Shown here: positions 35,801 through 47,700 of the stretch, piece by piece | Layout of the letters: each line of letters opens with the position of its first letter | Position numbering within the stretch: the stretch's first letter is position 1 | Assembly: GCA_973895155.1 (NCBI GenBank) | Contig: OZ316896.1 | Location: forward strand, 17,534,754 to 17,598,753 | Source: Marsupella aquatica | Taxonomy: Eukaryota; Plantae; Marchantiophyta | DNA: 64,000 nt | Reading direction: 5' to 3' | Translations under genes and position numbers: made by a program | The notes under the pieces: generated by a model | Told to the model about the DNA's origin: nothing | Database searches by the model: none | What the model saw: the letters and a program-made list of their open reading frames with translations, nothing else

Positions 35801-38800
35801 AAGGGCACTTTTGAGAGATGGAGTGTATTTCCTCAGGAAAGATGCACTGACTTGGATGGCAATGTAGGGGCTGTACTATCTGGTTTTCACTACAAGCAAT
35901 TCATGGTTTGAGCTATCAAGTGCAATTGATGATCTCAAAGATGCCGTGTCTTTGAATGCAATGAATTCGGTGTATATTCACACTTACGGTAGTGACTTTC
36001 AGGTCCTATTTATATTCACACTTACGGTAGTGGTGTTCAGGTCCGTGCAGTTATTTGACTGTAGGTTCAGGTTCGTGGAGCAAGTGCATGGAAAGTTTAT
36101 ATCATTTGTTTCCAGATTATAGCCCAAATGATGCGAAGAATGTAAAAGTTAATTGGAATGGAGTAGCTGGTTGGTTGTGAAGCCCGGACAGCAGTGGTAA
36201 AGCTGGGATGGACTTTGGCAAAAATGTCCATAAGACGTAGATAAACCTTTTATAATTTTCACTGAAATGTGATGAGTAAATGGTCTCCTGACCGTCAGAA
36301 TTAGTTTACACAATGTTAAGTCATGGCTCATGCCCAAACTACTCCGGGTGTCTGCTACAAAATGAAAGTGTTTATTTTCAGTCAATTCATAATATTTGAC
36401 CAACTTTATGTTCATCTAAAATGTAGCAAATGATCTCAGAAAAGTCTCAAACTCTGTCAGGTTATAGATTTTACATCAGTGAACATATTAGCAAGATTTG
36501 AGCTTAAGCATAGATTAAAAAATTCCCAATATACAAACAAGTATGCAAAACAGCAGCAGTTTAGAGTTGGTCGGGGAACCTAGAACAACTACTTGGAGTG
36601 TCCTTCAGGAAACAGTGAAGTGTCCTCCAGAAAGCAACCGGTTTTTTCTTCTTTCTGGTGTAAACAAGCTTTACACATTCCACGGATGAGAGACAATGTT
36701 TTAGGGCTTTGATTTCCAAAAGTCAGGGCTTCAGTTCCCCAAAAAGAAATTCTATAGGTATAGTCTTCTACCTTAAACATTAACGTGCACACCAACATGC
36801 CCGTGTTTATATCAAACTGGACATTGATCCATCAACAGGGAGCAAAGCAAGCCAAATACAATACAACAGGTGAAGCTTAGCAACAAGCCATACATGCCAG
36901 GCAAAAGGGCATGGTTAGAAGACCACATAAGTGTGGCAAGAAGTAAGTAGAACATTCAGGATTCACTTGGAATCCAAACTAGACCAAAAGAAGCCAAATC
37001 AGAATATGAAGGATTCAGAGAGGGCAGATTCAGAGAGGGCAGATGGCATGAAATAAATAGAGAAAGTAATAGAATAAATTCTATTCATTGAAAGAGTGTA
37101 GGATACCCAAAATGGATGAGGGCCCCTCTCTTGGCCCTGAAAATTGTCCAGCATAATAAAAATTACACAATACTCCAGGGGTTAACTTAGTGTATTTGTA
37201 AGATACACCAATCTTGGGGAGGTTTGGGGGCTTGGGGGCCAGCACACATGGAATACACCGGTAAGAGCTGTCTTGCATGTGTAGCAACCCTCTGAATTTC
37301 GGCCTTACACTTTTACATGGCAGAAAGATTAGGAAAGAGACTTTGAGGCATAACAGGAACTACCATTTTTCTTGCCCGCCTGATATACAGGGAGGCAAAA
37401 TTTCTGTGCCTACCCAGCTAAGGCCTTCCAGAACCAGGTGAGACAACACAGGGAAGAGTAGAATTGGCTGGAGACACTCGGTCCACCTTCAGTTTTTCCA
37501 GCCGCTAAACTTTTGGGCCCTTTTGCAGAGGGCTGCTGCACATGCAATTCAGCCCTACTAGCCACATTTCATGTGAGCCAAGCCCAAAATACTGACTCCA
37601 CTATCACTGGAGAATATATGTGCTGTCAAAAGTGTAGTCTCCCTCCAAAGTCTGGTTTCTTGGGATGGCCCACCTCACATCACTATTTCTGGGGTGAGGG
37701 GAGCACACTCCAAGCCAGTGAGGGCTCTAGAGGAATAATATTTCATTTCTTTTTGTCTGTCTAATTCTCCACATATACAAATATCAGGTGACCCAGGAAA
37801 ACAGAGGGTGCCTTGGTTAATGTTATAATATTTAGTTTTGTATTGCAAAGGCAAATGTCCATGTTTGACAACATGTCATGTGTGACGAGGCATATGTTTG
37901 GATGTGAGGGTTATCCCATAGCACATGCGACAAAGATAAACTTCAAAATACACAGACTAGGATCCCCTTTTCACGTACTTTGCCAAGTGTAATATTCTAG
38001 AATAAGCCTCGAACTCTCGAAGAGCATCTCCACTAGTTTGGTGGCAAACAACAATCATAAATAAAAGTATGATAATGGGCATTGAGATGAGGATGTTGTT
38101 ATTGAGAGAATCCAAAAGTCACCAAAAGATCCCAAATCTTACTAATAAATTCCAATGACAAACTAAAATTTGGGACTAGGATTCTAGAGTGAAGTGTCTA
38201 GACCGTGACTCTAGGGCCCCACCAAAATTTATATGGATGAAGCATGGGATGTTATTTATGTGAAAATGATGATCATGCATGATGATAATTTATGTGGATG
38301 AAAAAAACCATGAGATGTTATGTATGTCAAAATGGTAATCATGCATGATGATTTTTGTCATATTTCTATTAATATTCAAAGAATGTGTATTCATGCAAAT
38401 TTTGAAGGTGCTATATGGTAAATCCAACTTTCACATTTTGTCTTATTCAGACTTTGTGTTAAGTATTTTGATTTTAATGTGTCTTAACAAGATGAATCAT
38501 TTGTATTAATTTAATTTTGAATTAACCTTTGGACCCCTTTTAATTTTAGTGAACTTATAGTATTTTGAATATATTTTGCTCCCCTCTTAAAGGTTTAATA
38601 TTTCAATCACTCTTTAGTGAATTCTTTTTTGTCTAATGAAAGGGAGAGAAATGAGTTTGAACAATGTACACATCTGGTATACTAAGTTCACCTAGTGATC
38701 TCCTTTACAAATTTTATGGTTGAAGTGAGTTGACTATCATTACTTAGAAGCAAGTGAAAATCTAAAATCTGTACTCTATATGCACAATTATTTAATAACT

Positions 38801-39249
38801 TTGTACTTTCTTGATCATAATGTATTTTCTTTGCATGTGTATTTATGGTTTTGTTTGTTACGGACCCCCATTAGGGGTCTCTTGCAAATTCTCTGCCATG
38901 AGGTTGCGCCACATCACCACAACCAGCCACAAACAGGAATGATCCTACTTTTAACAATAACAAACGTGCACATTCCTGTTTGTGGCAAAAGCAATGTAAT
39001 TTTTGGGGCGCCATGCCGTAAATATCAAACGTAAAAAAATCCAAAATACAAAGGAAGAGATGTCATTTAGTAAAATAAAGTTACCATTTTGATGTTTGTC
39101 AAAGATTTATATATATATATATATATGTGTGTTTTATATCAAAATGTTTGTAAAATAATTGTCATTCAGTAAAATAATTGTTTGCAAGTTTGAAAAAACA
39201 AATCGATAGAAATGTACATAGTTAAAAACACTTTGGCTTCACATTGTAA

Positions 39250-39745
39250 AACTAAATAATAAATCTTCTTAGTACTTGATAAAATTTGTCAATGTTGATT
39301 CATTGGAAAACTCAAGATCAAGATTTAGAAACTCGTGAACTCTTTAGTATTGTCTTGATAAAATCTCTTAATGTCAGTCATTGGAAAGTTAGAGTAAAAT
39401 TAAAAACTCATCATCTCCTTGGTACTGGACAAAATCTATCAATGTTAGGTTGACTTCATTGGAAAACTAGAGAAATTCAAATTGTCATGATCTCTTTAAT
39501 TCTTGATGAATAATCTCAATGTCACACATTAGAAAGTTAGAGAGATTGAAAATCTCATGATGTCTTTAGTACTGTGACAAAATCCGACATGAAATTTGTC
39601 AATGTTGGACTCAATGTTGGAAAGCTAAAAGAATTCATGACTCGTGATCAAAAAAATTATTCTCACTCATTGGAAAGGCAAAGAAATTCAAAAGCTCATT
39701 TGGAACTTGACAAAATTTGTCAATCTGAGGCTCATTGGAAACTCT
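39250..39745. repeat. Degenerate ~60-70-bp tandem array
   Basis: Recurring ttagtacttgataaaat(t/c)tgtcaatgtt...cattggaaa blocks. Confidence 0.7.
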
Positions 39746-41016
39746 TTCTCGATTAAGAGATATCACAATCTCGTCACCGTCACAAACTTAGTCGTTGCAA
39801 ATTGAGTTTTTTTGATTACGTCGCCATCGCCTGTCCACAATGTTTGCTTCTTGGCTTGAATTGTTCGCATTCCTCTAGTCCTCAACTTAAGCTCATTCTG
39901 AACACAGGTTGATGTCAAATGCAACCTCTATGTCAAAGAAACAATTGTTTGTCTCTTCCTTGCACCATAGCTTTCTTAACTAAAAAAAACTACAAATCCT
40001 TCATGTAAAGTGATGGCTTGTTTGTTTTGTGTGTTCTTTCCACCGAATCGACAAGCACTCTTTTGCCAACAACTGAGTGTTGTCCTCCAGTTTGTCTTGT
40101 GGCGGTAATGCTCAATGTAACTCACAAACAATCAATCAGGAATGGTAGAAACACAATTTCTCTAATGTGTAAGCAAAAACCGTCAAAAAACTCAATTCCT
40201 CCACATTCAACTTTCGTTTGATAAATCTCTTCTATCTTTTGAGCAATTTCTTTTGTATGAGCACACACCAAGACCATCGGGAGACTCATCACTCATCATT
40301 GATTTCACTTCATCACACACACATTCCTTGGATGAACATGGGGGTCCACGGATTCATTATGGCACTCACTCTTAATTTCTTTGCATAATCTTTATATGTA
40401 CCTAGTTACCTACATATCATTCCAAGGGAAACAAAAATGTTCCAAGATGAACATGCTATGATCATGCACGATGATTTTTGTCATATTTTTATTAATGTTC
40501 AAAGGAGGGCATTCATGCTTATTTAGTATAAAAATGTATTGGATGTGTAGTTTTTGCAGCTCATGAAAATAGAGGTCTCAATAGCGGCCTTCTTGCTAAC
40601 ACTAGCAGTCAACGGTGTGGATCTGGGAATTTGATATTGGTGGGGAAGACACTCATGACATTTTTTTTAACCATCTGGCTCATTTGTTTAGTGGGTGGAA
40701 AGGAACACCCGGGAGACATTCTACCCACAATTTTCTTTCCCACTTGGCAAGTTAGAGGGTGAAAAGGAGCACCTCTGGAGATGCTCTAACCATAATTTTC
40801 TTAAACCCTAAACCCTTTTCTTTTCCACTTGGCAGTTTGGAGGGTGAAAAGGACCATCTCTCCAGATGCTCTAACCGCAGTTAAATTCCGCCCCCACACC
40901 AAACTCGTGGTCAACCGTGGTCCATCGACAGAACGACGGTGGAGAAGAAAAGAAAGCGAAGTGAGAAGTAAAGAAGTGAGCTCGAGTGAGGAAGGAAAGA
41001 ACAGGAAGGTCGAGCT

Positions 41017-42855
41017 ATGGCGACAGTGGCAGCAATTCGAGCAGCGGCGTCCTCGTCCTCGTCCGTGCTGCATTCATTCCGCGCACCCACTTCGACTCTC
41101 CGCTCCCCTCACTCAGATTGCAGAAATGGCCCTCAAATCTCTGTCGCAACAGCCTCCGCAGCGTCAGCTGCTCGACCATCCGGAGCTCTAACAACAGCGG
41201 CAACAGCAACCTCTCCGACTTCCTCCTCTGCTGCACTTTCATCTTCCTGTAGCTATGTCCCTTCCCTGTCCAGCTCCAAGCAATTGAAAGATGTCAGCAG
41301 GCGACGACGGGATGCAGCACGGCGAGCATCCGGGGCTTCTACTTCTCCTCGCTGCGAGAGCGAGAGCAGTAACGGTGACGAGGGCAAGGTTGGAATTGTT
41401 TCTCAGTCGTTTGCTCACTGGTTCTCTCGATGAATCTGTGCATTTGAAATTAAAGCATGTGCCTAATTTACACTATGACGGCTGAAATTGAAAATTTTAT
41501 TATCCTGGTTGCCGGCAATTTAGGGTCTGGGACAATTCCTTGGGTTTCTAGTAATTCCGTTAAGTCGATCAGTCCCTTATTTCGTTTCAGCAGTCATTTT
41601 TCAACAACTTTGGACGTCATAGGTAGAGCCATCCACAGATCTATTTTCCATTCTGGAGTTGTCGAGAAGGTCATTGTCCAGGAATGGCAGATCTTGTGAT
41701 TCTCAGCTGAATGATATGGATTTTTAGTCTGCTGAAGGTTTGTATTTTGTGCAGACTCCGTTTGGCTACACGAGGAAGGATGTGATACTCATTGGAGTTG
41801 GCCTTCTCGGTTTTGGATTTGCACTCAAGTTTGGCTTAGAGGTACAGATGTGTTACACCCTTGATCGACATGCTTGTGACATTCTTCTCATCTTCTGCAT
41901 GAAATGTTGCTGTAGGCCTCTTCCACGGACTAGTGAAGGATCGGAAAACTTTCTCACTCATGTTTTGGCAAAGACGAGGAAGATCCACGTAGCTCACCCC
42001 TTGAGAATTAGAGAGCGGATTTCCTGATCCCGTCTCTAACTCTAGTAGACCTGAATTGTGGAAATTGCAAATGCTTTTCCCATCTTAACAAAAATTCTTG
42101 AGTTCATTCCCTTATGAATGAACAGTTGGTGTCCAGAGCTCGAACACATTTGTTGGAACTATAGACTCTCATGTGTAGGAGAGCTAGGTTTTTCAGATTT
42201 GGGTATCTAGAGCCGCAAAGTACTTACATCTCGCCAACTTCAATGCAGTATTCACGAGTCTCGTTTGGGCAAGTTTGTAATAGTAGATGACCATTTTTTC
42301 TTGCCGGCCCTTGCTCGCATGTTTTCGACGGATGCTTTTTACGGAAGTGAGGCGCCTGTGCTAATTTTCGGGGTTGGTGATTGTGTGGCAGCTTTTCGGA
42401 GTGGATTCCATTAGGGCAGGAAATGCTGTCCAGTTGATTATGGTTCTTGGCCTCACAGTTGGGTGGATTTCAACCTATGTCTTTAGGGTTTCTTCTAAAG
42501 AAATGACATATGCCAAGCAACTGAAAGATTATGAGAACAAAGTTATGGAGGTAAGGAACACCCTATGCTTCTTCTTACCTTGTTTCCTTTGCATCACTGC
42601 TTTGAAGAAGAATTTCTTCTCAGGTAATCAGTGTTTTAGTCTTTTGATGGGATATGGCTCCCTAGGTCGTTAGGTCAGGTACTCTGTACATTAAAATGGT
42701 CGGCTGAACTGCTGGTTTGCATACCCTCTGACACTGTGAAATTGTCTCATCAGAAACGCCTGGAGGAGATGCCTGAGGCAGAGCTAGAGTCGATGCTCGC
42801 CCAAATTGAGGAAGACAAACGAATTCTCAGAGAAAGTCGGGACAGAATTCTTTGA
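41017..42855 (+). CDS. DUF3007-family (cyanobacterial-type) plastid membrane protein, 4 exons, 239 aa
   Basis: Exons 41017-41388, 41755-41841, 42392-42550 and 42754-42855 splice GT-AG in frame. They give a Ser/Ala-rich transit peptide plus TPFGYTRKDVILIGVG...GVDSIRAGNAVQLIMVLGLTVGWISTYVFRV..KEMTYAKQLKDYENKVMEKRLEEM. Confidence 0.88.
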
Positions 42856-44753
42856 ACGTTTTGTGGATGAAACCTATTATAGATATATTCTTTCGTCCAT
42901 GGACTGATTGTGTGTTCTGCCAAGTAGTCCGCATAGTAGGACAAGTAGCATGGTTTCAACTCGGAATGTTTGTGCACTGCGTCTCCTTTTCTGCTTTCAT
43001 TAGACCCAGCAAGGGGGAATGAACTCCATGCCGATTGTAAGCATCTCGATGTTGAAATCATGTTGTACATTAAAGAATCTCCAGTGGTTTTCTACTATAG
43101 ACGCAACTGTGGGAGGAGACCTTGAAAGTTGAGGAAGTGTACAGATTTATCCCTTGATTGTACAGTCCTCTGAGATGATATGGAGCTGCCACAAGGGATC
43201 GGACAATATACCACGCAGAGATCATTTGTACAGCAATAATTGAATGTAGTCGATCCTTGTCCTTCCCTAGCCTACCAAAGCCGGAAGAGTCGGGGAGTAC
43301 GATCAACGCTAAACATGCACCGCCTGGAGAACCACTATAGAATGTAGCACCGATTTGTAAAATGAGAACAAAATAATTAGTAGTTAGTTGCATTCCCTCT
43401 GATCCAAAGGAGAACCTCTACAGACTAGGGAAGTCGGAACATGAGACTCACGAATGACAGACGTTCTTTGCGTCTGGCAGAAAGCATTAATGGCTAAAAT
43501 GCGCCATGGTTTGGAAGGGATTCAACATCAAGTATACCTAGGTGAATGAGAGCTCCTAATCGTAAAAAGGATGTTTCCAGGGACATTCATCTCTTTGTTT
43601 GCGACGTTCTGATAATTTGACAAAGCACAAGAACACAAAGCCAGCTGGAGGAAATGTCAAGATAGAGTTCATCTCAATAATTGATGGTTGCAGAAATGAA
43701 ATTCTAGGACTGGTGACTGCCTATTCGATGGTTGGTCTGATCAGTCTACGAATCACCAGTCCCATCAATCTAATTTCTTGGGTGAAAGCATAATTCTATG
43801 GTGGTTTGCCCCCATCAGACGACAACAATTGCGATCCATCATGGGCCATTTACTTCCCTGCGCGGATTTCAAAGTCCACGGAAACCAAATGTTTAAGGAC
43901 AGGTTGCCCCGTGCTGTCACAATGAGAACGGAGCACATGTTCCTCGCAGTGTCAGACGGCATAACTATGAATCAAGAAATTCTAAGAAACAGATCACTGA
44001 TCAATTCCGAAACCAAAGAAAGGGAAGCGCAGGGTGGGTAGCAGAATAAAAGCTCCTCAATTGAATTCACAGCTACAAGACTCAGGTAGAGGTTAGACAG
44101 TTTCCGAATTAGTGTCCGAGCTACTCACACTTGATTTTCCAACCAGCTTGAAATTAAAAGCAAACATTAATGCCGAAGGCAGTAGCCATACCGTAGTGTA
44201 CAGACACAGGTTTCATTCCAATTAGGGCAAATCACCAAAAGAACAAGCTGTCAAACGACGAGCCACCCGCTCTTAATTTTCCAAACAGCTTGCAATCAAA
44301 ACCAAATAAGCTTCTGCGCTAAATGTGGAAAATGGTAGCCATTACGCAGAGACACAGAATTCGTCCTAATTAGGGTAGATCACAGAAAGACTAAGCTGTC
44401 AAACGAGCCAAGCCACAGCGACGTCCGAATGCTAAGAACAGAGTAACGCAACGTGATAAAAGTTACTAGTAGCGATACACAGAACTAATTAGCACTCTCT
44501 GTCATGGTGCTTGGAATGAATTCTCCTTTGTCGCCTCATCGGAGGAAGGGGATTTCTCCACCCAACTTTTGAAGGCGGGTGAAAAGGTGAAGGGGGAAGA
44601 GAGACTGGCGACCACACGCCCAGAAAGGCACGAGGAGCACGCTGACATCAGAGTACTCATCAGGATCGTAAGACTTTTGGAGCCACCCTCAAATATATGA
44701 GAATTGCGGTTACGTAGTTCAGTGAACAGGCACAGCTCAGGCCCGCCCCGAAG

Positions 44754-47700
44754 ATGAAGACGATGATGAGGAGGAGCTCCTGGTGCTTACAGCAATTTCG
44801 CCGGATCACCACCTCGCAACCGTAAGCTTTCAGTTTTCGTACCTCTTTCTACATAAGGATTCAATTGTTGTCCTTCTGCCCTCGGCTAGTGAGCAAAGAG
44901 TCCGCTTTTTTCTACGAATTGGGCTGTCATGAATTTCCTTAAAGCGATTCAGATGCCAGAGTAGCGGCGGTGGGCTGTCTTGTTTAGAACCAGAACGAAT
45001 CCTGGCAGGAAATTAGCTGCTAAGCCAGCCACACTACCGGAGGATTCAAATTGGAAATTGTCGTTCCTGATTTTTGAATTGTGTCATTTCGATTCAAAAC
45101 AACTGCAACCAACGAAGATAGACCATTTGCGCCCTTCTTATCGATCATTCATAGGCTTTCTATTTGATAGCCCATTCCAAATTCTTGGCATTGTAATGAT
45201 TGCGTTCAGAACAACGCTATCCATTTTTGGGTTGTACTGTCCGGGGGACGAGGTTGTGGAGCTTCAAAGATTCGCAGAAGGGGCAGGTAATAGAAACTTG
45301 AAAAAGGTATAGAAGTAGGAGTAGACATCAATTGGTTCTTACCAATAGGAAAGCATAGGCATCGGTAACATTGACCGGAAAGCATGGACTGCTTTGGTTG
45401 AGCTCCTTAAGTGCGTGTCCTCAGGAATTTGGAAATACAGTCTTCATCCATTGGTTATCAACCTGTTGCAGAACTTTGGTAATGCATCTCTTGTAAGGAG
45501 GAATCGTAGCACTCTTCGTCTCACCCATCCATCTCAATAAAACCCACCGCCCACCTTCTCTTCGATCGCGAAGACTCGCTTTACACTTTTGAGTGTGAGA
45601 GTAAGGTCCCTCGAATCTCATTTCTTGATCTCAAGTAAAGACGCTCCCGCGTATCCTCGCAACTTGAATTTTGACCTCGGAGTTGGTTCAAGTTGCCAAG
45701 ACTGTCTTAGCCGGAGATGTGGCAATGTTGGTGGGCCCGGTCGTCTGTGTATGTTAGGTTCTCGGCCTTGGAAGGACCATACGAGCTAATGTCCCAGGTT
45801 CTGACTCTGTGTTGTGTCTCAACCTCCAAAGCAAAATTCTCGTTATTGGGGATCCCAAATTACGATACTGTCAGGGACAATTTAGAAAATTGCATACTCT
45901 TCCCTTCACCAATTGCAAGAGCATATTCATGCTAGAGCTTCCTCAATTCTCTGGACAGAGGGAGCTTGTGCAATGCCTTTCAGTCACCGGCCTGGTCACT
46001 GTCTTGCACTCTCACATCAGCAAGATGAACAGCTAGTAGGTTTGGAGGCCTCCGGTCCTGGCTTTTCACTATCTGTTGGGCCGTAGCACCACACTCATTT
46101 AGTTTGTCTGTCTTTGTCTTGATGTATTCCAGAGTGTCAAGAGTGTCGTGTACGAGGCCGGGTTCCACAAAGATATCGTCTAACCCGTAGGATTGTGACG
46201 AGGTTAATGAGACAGTCATTGAATTTCTCTCCTTTGTATTGCAGAACTGTGTTTGAGGTTGTGAATCCAGCTACAGGAAGTGCATTTGCAGAGGTTCCAG
46301 ATGACTCACCACAAGATGTGAGTTCTACTGAACCGTACTCTGTATTGTCTGGAGAAACATAGTTAAGAGCTTGCAAATCTACAAAGAGATTCAAGATGGA
46401 ATGCATATTGCCACACAAGTTTTGGACATGAGATTGCGCCTGTAATACAATCGACAACTCTAACTATGATGTAAAGTAGGGATCTATCTATGATCAATGT
46501 ACCCTATAGCAAGTAACCTAGAAAATAGTTAGATTTGCATAATTTTCTTTTGCTGGTAACGAGTTCTGCAGTTCTCTTTAGGGACTATCTTTACTTTGGC
46601 GGATAAGGAAGCTTCTGTCATTGTTGCTCCAGGTTGCAGAAAAATTCGAAAGACTGTCTGCAGGCCAAAAAATGTGGGACGCAGTGCCAGTCTATGAGCG
46701 CCGGGTATACATCTATGGTCTCCGTTGCTTCTAAAGTTTTTGATATGAAGGTGTGGTTGATGACATTCCAAAGTTCAGCCAAGATAAGGAGATAGGCTCC
46801 ATGCACATGTCGATATTGATGAAAAGATTCTGTAATGTTTATGACAGGAAGCTTTGGAGAGGTTCAATGAACTGCTAAGGGAGAACATGGTATGTATAAG
46901 ACATCATGGACTGGTTCAGTTCAACTTCTCCCATTGAATTGTTTCTTTTTCGATCTAGCATCTGGACCGAGGTTCTATTTTGTGTTGATGGTGTCGCTCA
47001 TCGTGGGGTTCTATTTGTTGGATGGAACAGAACAACTTATCTCAAATATTGACTTCAGAGATGGGAAAACCCATAAAACAGTCAAAGAATGAAATCAGGG
47101 CTACCGTGGATCGCATCAAGTTCTATGTCAATAACTATGAGAAGGTGACAACCTCTCCGAATCGTAATCTAACAGGGGCTTTGAAACTTTTATCAATATT
47201 TTATTGGTCTTTTGTTTAAATTTTGCACCTCCGGGCATTGCTGATAGCGTGCGGCTTTAGAAGGGTCAATAATCATTATAATCACATCGACTAATTTCCA
47301 GTGACATGCTCAGGTTTTGCAAGAGCGAACAGTCTTAGAGACGACGAGACTGAGGGAGAAAGTAGTCTATGAGCCATTAGGAGTGGTAAGCAGATTTTTC
47401 AGTACTGATTCCTATTTGTCTGTCGTCGATTCATCTTACTTTCGCAGACAGAATGACTCTCAAGTCTTTCAAACTGAGAGTTTCAATTGCTAATAAGCGT
47501 TTTGGTGGGGCAAGACTCGCAGATTGCCAACATTTCGGCTTGGAACTACCCCTACTTTGTGTCGGCAAATGTATTTGCTGCAGCGCTATTGACTGGGAAC
47601 ACAGTTTTGTACAAACCAAGCGAATATGCTTCACTTTCTGGCCTGGAAATCACGCGTCTCCTCCACCAGGTACACTTCTAACCAATGTTTCTGTAAAAGG

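Noticed and set aside
45300-46219. Possible decayed coding fragment on the minus strand in ALDH intron 1
   Set aside because: Multiple stops and no identifiable family motif.
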